A stretch of DNA of 64,000 nt from the NCBI GenBank assembly GCA_049325475.1, contig JBMOLN010000007.1:95489-159488 (forward strand), written 5' to 3'. The notes under the pieces were generated by a model. It was not told where the DNA came from, made no database searches, and saw nothing but the letters and a program-made list of their open reading frames with translations. Of the stretch, positions 10,328 through 18,838 are shown one piece after another; position 1 is the first letter of the stretch; each line of letters starts with the position of its first letter. A program made the translations under genes and the position numbers. Origin of the DNA: Patescibacteria group bacterium. GTDB lineage: Bacteria > Patescibacteriota > Patescibacteriia > 2-12-FULL-60-25.

Positions 10328-11302
10328 ATGGAACAAATGCCTCAAATCTCCAGCCGTCCCGCTCCCGAAACATTGCGTTTGGGGCATTGGCCCGATCATG
10401 AAAACCAACCCGCAGCTCCGGAAACTATGCGTTTGGGCCGCTGGCCGGATCAACCTCTTCAATCTCAAGAACCGCCAGAACAATCCCGGCTGGAAACGTT
10501 AAGAACCATAGAACATACCGAAGACATCGCCACGCAGCTTTCTATCGAGATGTCGCGCGCCTATCCTTACCGCCAGGAACAAATTTTAACGCGGTTAAAA
10601 CAAGATGCCGACTTGCGCAAGAAGATTCTTGAGTCAAACGAAATCGGCGGCATAGCCAAAAACAAACCTCTTTTAATCAGATTGGAAAACGGACAAGACG
10701 CTGTTTACAAACCGCAAAACCGCGAACAAGCCGAGCTGGCCCGTGGCATTCCAGTCGGCTCATATGCCGCGCGCGAATGGCTGGTTGCGCAAATAGACCA
10801 GGCTTTACAGTTGGATTTAGTCCCGCCCACGGTTTTACGTGATGGCCCGGAAGGTATGGGCTCCGTACAAGCCTGGCAAGATAATTGCGAAGTCGGCATG
10901 GGCGTTGATTACTGGGAATCTCCGCGCGTAGAACAGATCAAGCTCGCATTACTTGACGCCATCACCGGCAATGTCGACCGGCATGCGGGTAACTTTTTAG
11001 TTGAAAAACAAACCGGACGTTACGTGGCTATTGATAATGGACTCGTCTTCTCTTCCAATGCCGCAGATCAAACCTGGTCCGCCGCTTTGCGCGAGGTCGG
11101 TGGTCAAAACCTTTCTGATCAAGATATGCAAGTTATCGGTTCTCGCATAAATGCTTTTTTTCACGCTCCCGGAGTGCAACAAGTTCTGCGCCGCGCCTTT
11201 GATCTTGCATTGGGCTATGAAGCTGAATCCGCTTGGGAAAAATTCGTTTCATCGTTACGAAACATTGAACATAACCACCAACTGCCCAAATCCGAAAAAT
11301 AA
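10328..11302 (+). CDS. PI3/PI4-kinase-fold protein (SCO1664-like)
   Basis: AVYKPQ..., VPPTVLRDGPEGMGSVQAW, GNVDRHAGNFLV and AIDNGLVF match the catalytic and activation-loop motifs of the PI3_PI4 kinase fold. The N-terminus has a tandem APET(L/M)RLG(H/R)WPD repeat. Confidence 0.6.
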   Translation: MEQMPQISSRPAPETLRLGHWPDHENQPAAPETMRLGRWPDQPLQSQEPPEQSRLETLRTIEHTEDIATQLSIEMSRAYPYRQEQILTRLKQDADLRKKILESNEIGGIAKNKPLLIRLENGQDAVYKPQNREQAELARGIPVGSYAAREWLVAQIDQALQLDLVPPTVLRDGPEGMGSVQAWQDNCEVGMGVDYWESPRVEQIKLALLDAITGNVDRHAGNFLVEKQTGRYVAIDNGLVFSSNAADQTWSAALREVGGQNLSDQDMQVIGSRINAFFHAPGVQQVLRRAFDLALGYEAESAWEKFVSSLRNIEHNHQLPKSEK

Positions 11303-11303
11303 T

Positions 11304-11594
11304 ATGAATAATCCGGAAAACAATCTTCCTAATCCTGAGCACCGGGAATATCCCGAGGTGGATTTGATTAAAATTGATCCTGCTTCCAAAGAAAAAATTG
11401 TCGTCGCTACCTGCAAACTTATAGGCGGTCGGGTTGAAATCATCGGAGAACCGAATTTTGTTAAAATCTTAAAACAAGGCGTCAAAACCTATCCTAACCA
11501 AAACATAATCATGCCCAATCAAGGCAAAGTATACCTTGATGCCGTTCAACAACAATTCCGCAGCGCCTATCTATTCGCCGAAGCTAAAAAATAA
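11304..11594 (+). CDS. hypothetical protein
   Basis: 96-aa ORF. Its ATG lies 1 nt after the stop of the kinase-like gene, which suggests coupling. Confidence 0.45.
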   Translation: MNNPENNLPNPEHREYPEVDLIKIDPASKEKIVVATCKLIGGRVEIIGEPNFVKILKQGVKTYPNQNIIMPNQGKVYLDAVQQQFRSAYLFAEAKK

Positions 11595-11613
11595 AAACCC
11601 GACAAAGTCGAGG

Positions 11614-11895
11614 TTAGAGCACGCCCATCATAAATCGATGTTGGCGCACAAAAGCGATTGCCAAAGGATCATCTTTTCGCCATACAAAGACGGTCATTTT
11701 TTGATCAATGTTGATCATGGGAGGCGTATAAAAATAATCCTTGGGTAATATTATATTTAACAAAGAACGCAACTGCGAAATCTCCAACAAACATTTCGGA
11801 TCCGGCCAGCTAAGCTGGATTGCAAAACCGCTGTACTTCATCTGAGTCGCATAACCCATCAAACGCAGTACTGCTCTTAATAGGATTATCGCCAT
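11614..11895 (-). CDS. hypothetical protein
   Basis: 93 aa from the second ATG, preceded by GGGAGGTGG. No recognisable domain. Confidence 0.35.
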   Translation of the reverse strand: MAIILLRAVLRLMGYATQMKYSGFAIQLSWPDPKCLLEISQLRSLLNIILPKDYFYTPPMINIDQKMTVFVWRKDDPLAIAFVRQHRFMMGVL

Positions 11896-12034
11896 TCCAC
11901 CTCCCATAAAAGACTATCCAAATTCTCTTGTCCGGTCAACTAAAAACCCCCTCAAGATTTCAAGGGGGCAAAATCCGCCTTCACGTAATGAAGACGTATA
12001 GACTTCCGACTTATAGACGTCCGACGTTTAGAAG

Positions 12035-12153
12035 TCCGTAGTCCGCAGTCCGCAGTCCGTAATCCGAATTCAGAGTTCAGAGTTTAGAGTTCAGAATTCC
12101 TAGTTCGTGGTTCGTAATTCGTGGTTCGTAGTTCGAATTTCAAATCCTCAATT
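12035..12153. repeat. phased heptanucleotide stutter array (17 units, TCNNNNT)
   Basis: TCCGTAG TCCGCAG TCCGCAG TCCGTAA TCCGAAT TCAGAGT TCAGAGT TTAGAGT TCAGAAT TCCTAGT TCGTGGT TCGTAAT TCGTGGT TCGTAGT TCGAATT TCAAATC CTCAATT. The last units encode the C-terminus and stop of the ABC exporter. Confidence 0.9.
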
Positions 12154-14041
12154 CCTGCTTGTCCGCAAGTGCGCGGAATGTTGGAGAAAGTTCATAAAGT
12201 TCGGCAAAGGAATACGCTACGGCTTCAATTTGCGGTTCGCCGTTTTGTAATTTATTGGCGGGCTTGAGTACAATAAACTTGTCGCAAATGCGCCGCACCG
12301 TGCTAAGACGATGCGCAATCACAAGCGCACCCTGATCTCCGGCAAGCGCCAGCTCCAAGCCCTGCTGCACTTCCCACTCCGTGAGTGAGTCCAAGTTGCT
12401 CGTTGCTTCATCAATTACCAGAAAATCTGGATTCTTGATCATGGCCGCGCCAATCATAACGCGCTGTTTCTCACCGCCCGAAAGCTGCAAGCCGTCTTTG
12501 CCAACCTTGGTTTCGAGCCCATGAGTGAGCCTGTCTTCAAAGTCAATCTTATACCGCCGCATCAACTCCCATATCTCATCATCGGTAATCCGCGCACGCT
12601 CTTCTTCCGAAAGGCTATAGAGCAGATTGTAGCGCAAAGTATTGTTAAAAATCTGCGGATGCTGGGCAATATAACCAACATGCTTAAGCCAGGAAGCCAG
12701 CTTTACATCACGCAAATCATAACCGTTCACACTAATCGATCCGTATTGCGGATCCATATGCCGTAGAAGCAAGCGCATCAGCGTGGTCTTGCCCGAACCG
12801 GAAACGCCCAGCAGTGCGACCTTTTCTCCGGGTTCGATGGTAAATCCTACATTGCGCAAAACCGGCCGTGGATCTTTTTTTACATCATCGGTCTCTTCAT
12901 CGTCATCTTCATCAGGTTCCTGACCCGGATATGTATGCGAGATTTGAGAGAACTCCACGCAAAATTCCTTTGCGCCGTTCAAATCTTTTGCATCCGATTT
13001 TTCCACTACATCGGGCTCGATCTTCAGAGCTTCGCTCAACGATTTTACGGACGGCATGTTGAAATTGAAATGTCTTTCAATTTCACTCACGCGCCACATA
13101 TTATCCGCCAACTTTTGCACCCAGGCAAACAGCGGAAACAACAAACCCATGTTCCAGTTGCCTTGCCAGACATTCCACACGCCATAACCCATAATCACGA
13201 TCGTGAATATATTCGTAATCAACGAACGGCTTGAAATCTGACCTATGTACCACAGCCAAAACCATCTGTCCCGCACCAGCAATGCTGATGAATCTTTCCT
13301 ATGCACCTTGATTTCGGGTTTTTGCTTGGCATTTACGGCCACTCGCTCATACTTGTCGATGCGTTCCGTGAAAAACTTGTTTATACGCCGGAATTCTTTA
13401 TCAATCGGCAAGCATGCTTCAATGGTCCGCCTGTTCAAAAACAGCGACCAAAGAAAATGCATTGCCAGCATTCCGGTAGCCAACAATCCGGCAACACCGC
13501 TTAGCATGAACAATAAAAACCACGCCAGTGCAAGATTAAGAAACACGGCATAGCCATCGAACAACAGGGTGGTTTCCATTTCACTGGCCTTCCAGCGGCC
13601 TTTGTCGATATTGGAAACACCCAATTCCGAAGCATGCTGAATATGCTGCCCGGCAGACTTTTGGAACATGCGCTTTAGAATGCTCTGATCCCAATTCACC
13701 ATGTGCTCACCTAACAAGTATTCGCGCGATCTGAAGTGTAGCCACATAAACAGTATGTTGACTGTGTAACAAAAAGCGAAAGCCGCAAACCCCTGCAATG
13801 CAAGAATTGCATTCCGATTCTGTATGCCGTCAAAGATATAACTAACCGCATACGGCGCCATGGTACTAAACAATATGGTAAATATTTCCAGCACCATAAA
13901 GCGCCTGAAATATTTTTTGGTCACGGGAGTCTGCTTTTCATCCCACACCCACTTAACCAATCGTGCGGTTTCCCGCATATCAAGCAAGTACTGCCAGATT
14001 GTTACCGGTGGTCTGCGTTTAACGTCCGCATCTTCGCTCAT
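12140..14041 (-). CDS. ABC exporter, fused permease/ATPase (MsbA-type)
   Basis: Six-TM N-terminal half, Walker A GVSGSGKTT, signature LSGGEKQRV, Walker B FLVIDEATSNLD. Acidic insert EPDEDDDEETDD lies just before the NBD. Confidence 0.9.
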   Translation of the reverse strand: MSEDADVKRRPPVTIWQYLLDMRETARLVKWVWDEKQTPVTKKYFRRFMVLEIFTILFSTMAPYAVSYIFDGIQNRNAILALQGFAAFAFCYTVNILFMWLHFRSREYLLGEHMVNWDQSILKRMFQKSAGQHIQHASELGVSNIDKGRWKASEMETTLLFDGYAVFLNLALAWFLLFMLSGVAGLLATGMLAMHFLWSLFLNRRTIEACLPIDKEFRRINKFFTERIDKYERVAVNAKQKPEIKVHRKDSSALLVRDRWFWLWYIGQISSRSLITNIFTIVIMGYGVWNVWQGNWNMGLLFPLFAWVQKLADNMWRVSEIERHFNFNMPSVKSLSEALKIEPDVVEKSDAKDLNGAKEFCVEFSQISHTYPGQEPDEDDDEETDDVKKDPRPVLRNVGFTIEPGEKVALLGVSGSGKTTLMRLLLRHMDPQYGSISVNGYDLRDVKLASWLKHVGYIAQHPQIFNNTLRYNLLYSLSEEERARITDDEIWELMRRYKIDFEDRLTHGLETKVGKDGLQLSGGEKQRVMIGAAMIKNPDFLVIDEATSNLDSLTEWEVQQGLELALAGDQGALVIAHRLSTVRRICDKFIVLKPANKLQNGEPQIEAVAYSFAELYELSPTFRALADKQELRI

Positions 14042-14218
14042 GGTCCGTCTCCTTTGCTTTTGTCAAAGTCCGTATTTTCAGCCTTGGCTGATAAAACCTA
14101 GGTTTAAGAATTTAGGTGAAGTTCGAGGCGCGATCGAGCATTTTTGCGAAACGTACCTGATGTACGTTGAGCAAAAAGCGGAAATCGTAACAAAGAAATT
14201 CGCCAAATTCTAAACCGT

Positions 14219-14247
14219 AAAAAAATATCTTGCGCAAGGCAAGATAT
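14219..14247 (-). terminator. intrinsic terminator (9-bp perfect stem)
   Basis: ATATCTTGC-loop-GCAAGATAT followed on the minus strand by T7. Confidence 0.7.
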
Positions 14248-14274
14248 TAATAATTTTTAAAATAATATTTGATA

Positions 14275-14391
14275 TTAAAAATCCTTAATATATTGCCTTA
14301 ACACCTCTTCAGTTCCGTTTTGGACAGCATCAAAACCGCGCCCGCCACGGACAGCATTTGGTGTTTTAACTTGTAGCAATATATATTTCAT
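14275..14391 (-). CDS. possible 38-aa small protein (or sRNA) in its own transcription unit
   Basis: ATG-initiated MKYILLQVKTPNAVRGGRGFDAVQNGTEEVLRQYIKDF. Lies between a consensus promoter (14404-14432) and a strong terminator (14219-14247). No clear SD. Confidence 0.3.
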   Translation of the reverse strand: MKYILLQVKTPNAVRGGRGFDAVQNGTEEVLRQYIKDF

Positions 14392-14403
14392 ATTGATGCC
14401 AAG

Positions 14404-14432
14404 ATATTAGCAGATACATATCTATCTGTCAA
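14404..14432 (-). promoter_or_regulatory. sigma70-like promoter TTGACA-17-TAATAT
   Basis: Minus-strand hexamers at 14432-14427 and 14409-14404. ATG of the 38-aa ORF lies 12 nt downstream. Confidence 0.5.
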
Positions 14433-14478
14433 GACTTAAATCTCAGCTTTAATCAAAATTTTTAGCTTATTTTAATAC

Positions 14479-14501
14479 AAAAAAACACCTACGCATAGGT
14501 G
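14479..14501 (-). terminator. intrinsic terminator
   Basis: CACCTA-tgcg-TAGGTG followed on the minus strand by T7. Downstream of the DUF457 gene. Confidence 0.65.
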
Positions 14502-14598
14502 CTAAATTCTCATCAACCATTAATCACCCGCCACAAACTAAGCCATCAACTAACAACTGATAATTCTTATTTCTTCATCATGCATTCTGCACTATACA

Positions 14599-15117
14599 TT
14601 ATGCACCATTAATCGAAATATGAATCAGCCCCGCATACGTCAATAAAAACAATAAAATCCCAACTAATCCCAATCCAAAAATCATATGATCTACCCATCC
14701 TCCGGTATCCACGCATAAAAATTTGGGCAAAAACCTGAAATTTTTTTTACAAGGATAAAGATATTCGCATCCCTGCGGATTAAAACCGTCGATAAAAGGA
14801 TGCGAAGCAAAACCCAGCGTAAACATCATTGGCGCCATTGCATGAATAGGAAATAAAAAAGTTGAACCAAAAATCACCAACGGCATAATCAACAAAGAAT
14901 GAAACAATGATCGATGCCGCACGCGATCAATCAGCAACAGCCTAAGCAATCCCTTTGTCCACTGATGAATGGTCGCGTGCCGGTTATCCAAATCCGGCAG
15001 CAATGCCGCAATTCCGCCAATCAGAGGCAAAACAATAAACCACGAATCTTGCGGCACAAACAAAAACGCGGCCCATGCCGTATTCGCACCGACTACAAAG
15101 TGAGTTTTTCCTGTCAT
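14599..15117 (-). CDS. DUF457 membrane-bound metal-dependent hydrolase-like protein
   Basis: MTGKTHFVVG start and a His-rich polytopic layout typical of YdjM/DUF457. The upstream M at 15150 is also possible. Confidence 0.65.
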   Translation of the reverse strand: MTGKTHFVVGANTAWAAFLFVPQDSWFIVLPLIGGIAALLPDLDNRHATIHQWTKGLLRLLLIDRVRHRSLFHSLLIMPLVIFGSTFLFPIHAMAPMMFTLGFASHPFIDGFNPQGCEYLYPCKKNFRFLPKFLCVDTGGWVDHMIFGLGLVGILLFLLTYAGLIHISINGA

Positions 15118-15216
15118 GGGAACAAGTATAAACCACAAACAAAAAACCACAAAGAGCCGTCCAATACCGCCAAGTAACTCTTTATGGTTTGTGCTTTATA
15201 ATTTTTTTGCTTTTTG

Positions 15217-18200
15217 CTATCGGCAAACATCTGAACCGGCTATATTGTTATTAAAGTAAGCGAACAAATTTACTCCGTTAATAAACTCTTCAATATTACT
15301 GCCGGTTACAGCTAATTCCAAATCATAATCACCTTCTTCCCAAAAAACATAAACCGCGCTTGGATTTTCATATTCCCTTGCAACCAGTCGCTTGCCATCT
15401 CTGTCTTGATCTCTGGAACTTACAGGTTCCTTCGCCCAAGAAGCTGTTCTGTCAGCAACAAACTCATCCAAACTCATGCCATAATCAGCCGCATGAACAG
15501 CAACTGTGATATTGTCACCATAATAAACCGCATTTTCAAAATCATCAACAGGAGTCATCCTTTTCCAGTTTTTTGGATATCCAATCTGATAGCCCAATTC
15601 GCAATTCACATAAATCTGCATATCTGCCGACTCATCCCAAATAATCAACGGCGCATTTGTGGCGGGTTTAAATGTCTTAACAATTTCCTGCATATCCCTT
15701 ACAGCCTGTTCCGAAACATCGCTTGGCTGGATGCCGTTAAAGTAACTCCAAGCATAAACAAATTTCGCATCACGGCCAATCTCCTCATCCCAGCACAAAT
15801 CCAGTTCCTCACAATCTTTTCGCTCCCATTCCCAAGAATCATGTGTGTAAACATTTATTATCATCATTTTAAACCAACCCGACTTATCGGAATACTCAGA
15901 ATCTTCTTTTGTCGGCAGATAAAACTGTGCAACCGCAACAACATTCTCGCCATCAACCCCCGAAGTCTCCGCCGTATAACCCTTCCAGCTTGGAGTCAAT
16001 GTTAACTCATAACCATATTCACTATCTTTATAACTCAACGAAACCTCCCCGCTCTCCGATACAACTTCCTCTGTTTTTTTATTATTCGATGTTCGAGATT
16101 CGTTAACCAGATCATCATTATTAAACGTTTGACGTTCGACGTTTGAGGCCACGGCTCTGTAATCATTTCCAACTTCTTTTTGCTCGCCGGTGTATCTTCC
16201 TGCGACAATCAATAAAAACAGCAATCCCGCTATCAATGTTAAAATCAATACGGCAATACCCAAAGTTTTTTTATCCTTTTTACGAAGTTTGATAAAAAAC
16301 ACAATGCCTCCAATAAACAAACTAAGCGCCAAAACAAGCATCAATATAGACCAGCCATCAAAAACCGGCTCAAACATAAGCGGAGGAAACTCCTTTAAAA
16401 AAACTTCTCCTCCCAAACCGGGCACATTCTCTTCCGGATACAATCCTGACGCAACATCTGTTAAATAATCAACCGAACTATTTGCCGCTCCCTTCTCGCG
16501 GAGCTTAGGCTCTATTATTTTATCATCGATTGTCAGAGCGGCTTGTAATTTTTCAGAATCCAATTCAAGCACAAGATCCGAACCTTGTTTTACATCAATA
16601 TTTTTATATTCATAAATTTCAAACTCTCCGCTATCCGTGGGGTAGGATGTCATTACACTCGCCTTCCCGCTGTCAATTCCCGCCGCCTTAACTTCATACT
16701 TGCCATCCTTCGGCATCATAAAATATGAAATAACCTCATTATCCGCAAAAGCTCTGACTTCCGGATAAACAGCTGAATCCTCAACAACGAAATTGCCTTC
16801 CGCGTCATAACCAACTCTTGCACCCGTATCTTTATTTATAATCATTACATTAAATGGACACTGTACCACAACCCTGACTTTATCGCGCGCATCAAATGCC
16901 ATCATGCGCTCTACCATGTATTTCATCTGCGCGTCACGAACATCCTTATAGGCTCTTTCCGCAATACTGGCGTTGATTTTGTCCTTTATATTCTGATCCA
17001 AATTATTAAAATATTGTTGTTCCGCGCTGGTCAGTTTGAGTTCCGGCCTTTGGACTCTTTGGTACACGCCTCCGCATAACGGATAAAACGGCGGATCACA
17101 CTGAAAACCGTGCGCCTGCCCATCCACCATATCCTCCCAATCGGAAATTCCGTAAATACCATGACTGTTCATCAACCATAAATCAAAAATCTTGGCCGCA
17201 TCGCTCCAAAGCGTTCCCTTTTCATAAACCGCTACCGCAAGATGCCCGGCCAGCGTATTCAGCACAGGCGGGGCCAAAACTTCAATCGGTCCGTAATCAT
17301 AATATTTTTCGATGATGGATCTTTCCGTAGCGTCTTTACTCAACCGCAAACGATCCAGCATATTGATTACGCGTGTCTGCTGTGATCCGCAAACCCAAGG
17401 CTCGTATTGTTCTTTTAACCTTCTCGCATAATCCAGACTTGCCTGATTAGATGAAAAAGTCTCAATAGCCATAGCTTTTAACACGCGATTATTAGTGGGA
17501 CAGCTCGCGCACCAAACACCTTGCCGAGCGTATGGATTTAACGGAATCTCATTATATTTTTTAACAATATATTCGTAAGCTTCCTGCTTGGACAAATCTC
17601 GCGCGCAATCCTCCGGACAATTTGCATGCGTCTCCCCCGGTTGGCACATCCAATTCCCGCACCAAATGCTGAATCCCGGAGTAAGCGTGATTCGCGCTTG
17701 CGGATTTCCATTTGCATTTACAGCCTGTAAAACCAAAGTCGATGTTACAAAGTCCCTCGGCTGTTCTGTCGTTGTATAAGTTAACTTTACCTGGCCTTTT
17801 GCATCAGTCTCGGCAGACAATTGCTTAACCGCCCCTTCTTTATCATCATCAATTTTACTTCTCTCATCTTGCAAGCGATAAGAAACTTCCTGGCCCGCAA
17901 GCGGATTTCCGGCCTGCATAACAGTTACAACAAAATCCATTGATGTTTTCCCGTCTGCAACCATTTCAACATCTCTGGGAGAAATCGAAACATCGATATC
18001 CGATCCGCACCGTGCCTCGCAAGATCCCCCGCAATCAACCCCATCTTCATCGCCATTTTGCACTCCATCAAAACAATTCGGTTCAGGTGCGGCAACATCG
18101 CTAACTTCGATCGCTTCGCAGCACTCCCTGATAACCCGGCTTGGACTTAGCAATGCATTCTCCTCAGCACGAGAGACATCCCCGCATTCATTCTTACAAT

Positions 18201-18663
18201 CAAGCATCACTTTTTCGATATCATTCGGTCTGCTTATATAACCATTGTCACAATCCGAACTCCTCCCGGCTGCGGCGGTTGCCGCTTCACAAGTCTCCGT
18301 GCAGTTTCGAATACAATTACCGGCCTTATGCCAGCCTTGATCGGGTGCGAGATAATAATCCCTCCTGCCCTTTAAAGCAGCATCTCTCTTTTCTACGCAG
18401 ACAATGGCATCGGCTTTTGCCGCATCATCAAACTTACTGATATCAACCCACTCGCCGCAAGGAGCCCAAGGCTCTTTATCGTTCCACTGACTGTATAAAA
18501 TTTTCGGATCAAAATCATCCTCTGTAGCCAACGGCTGCGCATTGGAATCTTTGGAAACCGATAAAAACAGCAGTACCGATAAACCTGCGAAAAATAAACT
18601 AAATAAAAATCCCGCAACCATCGGGTAAAAGTTTAGATTCTGTGATATTTTCTTTTTTGGCAT
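15217..18663 (-). CDS. large Cys-rich surface/membrane protein with Ig-like domain
   Basis: 1148 aa. N-terminal TM/signal, a Cys-rich region, a Big_1-like segment (VSISPRDVEMVADGKTSMDFVVTV..), two central TM helices and a duplicated C-terminal domain. Confidence 0.8.
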   Translation of the reverse strand: MPKKKISQNLNFYPMVAGFLFSLFFAGLSVLLFLSVSKDSNAQPLATEDDFDPKILYSQWNDKEPWAPCGEWVDISKFDDAAKADAIVCVEKRDAALKGRRDYYLAPDQGWHKAGNCIRNCTETCEAATAAAGRSSDCDNGYISRPNDIEKVMLDCKNECGDVSRAEENALLSPSRVIRECCEAIEVSDVAAPEPNCFDGVQNGDEDGVDCGGSCEARCGSDIDVSISPRDVEMVADGKTSMDFVVTVMQAGNPLAGQEVSYRLQDERSKIDDDKEGAVKQLSAETDAKGQVKLTYTTTEQPRDFVTSTLVLQAVNANGNPQARITLTPGFSIWCGNWMCQPGETHANCPEDCARDLSKQEAYEYIVKKYNEIPLNPYARQGVWCASCPTNNRVLKAMAIETFSSNQASLDYARRLKEQYEPWVCGSQQTRVINMLDRLRLSKDATERSIIEKYYDYGPIEVLAPPVLNTLAGHLAVAVYEKGTLWSDAAKIFDLWLMNSHGIYGISDWEDMVDGQAHGFQCDPPFYPLCGGVYQRVQRPELKLTSAEQQYFNNLDQNIKDKINASIAERAYKDVRDAQMKYMVERMMAFDARDKVRVVVQCPFNVMIINKDTGARVGYDAEGNFVVEDSAVYPEVRAFADNEVISYFMMPKDGKYEVKAAGIDSGKASVMTSYPTDSGEFEIYEYKNIDVKQGSDLVLELDSEKLQAALTIDDKIIEPKLREKGAANSSVDYLTDVASGLYPEENVPGLGGEVFLKEFPPLMFEPVFDGWSILMLVLALSLFIGGIVFFIKLRKKDKKTLGIAVLILTLIAGLLFLLIVAGRYTGEQKEVGNDYRAVASNVERQTFNNDDLVNESRTSNNKKTEEVVSESGEVSLSYKDSEYGYELTLTPSWKGYTAETSGVDGENVVAVAQFYLPTKEDSEYSDKSGWFKMMIINVYTHDSWEWERKDCEELDLCWDEEIGRDAKFVYAWSYFNGIQPSDVSEQAVRDMQEIVKTFKPATNAPLIIWDESADMQIYVNCELGYQIGYPKNWKRMTPVDDFENAVYYGDNITVAVHAADYGMSLDEFVADRTASWAKEPVSSRDQDRDGKRLVAREYENPSAVYVFWEEGDYDLELAVTGSNIEEFINGVNLFAYFNNNIAGSDVCR

Positions 18664-18790
18664 ATAAAAAATAACAAATGAAAATTATTGCCAGTTTAAC
18701 ATAAAGATCAACTAAAAACTACAAATTGCAAAACATCTGCCAAGCCCGGCTCTTTATAATTTTTGCTTTACACTTTTTAGCTGTTCAATT

Positions 18791-18815
18791 TAAAAACCCG
18801 CAAAGACTGCGGGTT
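18791..18815 (-). terminator. intrinsic terminator
   Basis: AACCCGCA-loop-TGCGGGTT followed on the minus strand by TTTTT. Downstream of the G+C-rich propeller gene. Confidence 0.7.
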
Positions 18816-18838
18816 AAAGTTTAATCATCCGGCACCGG

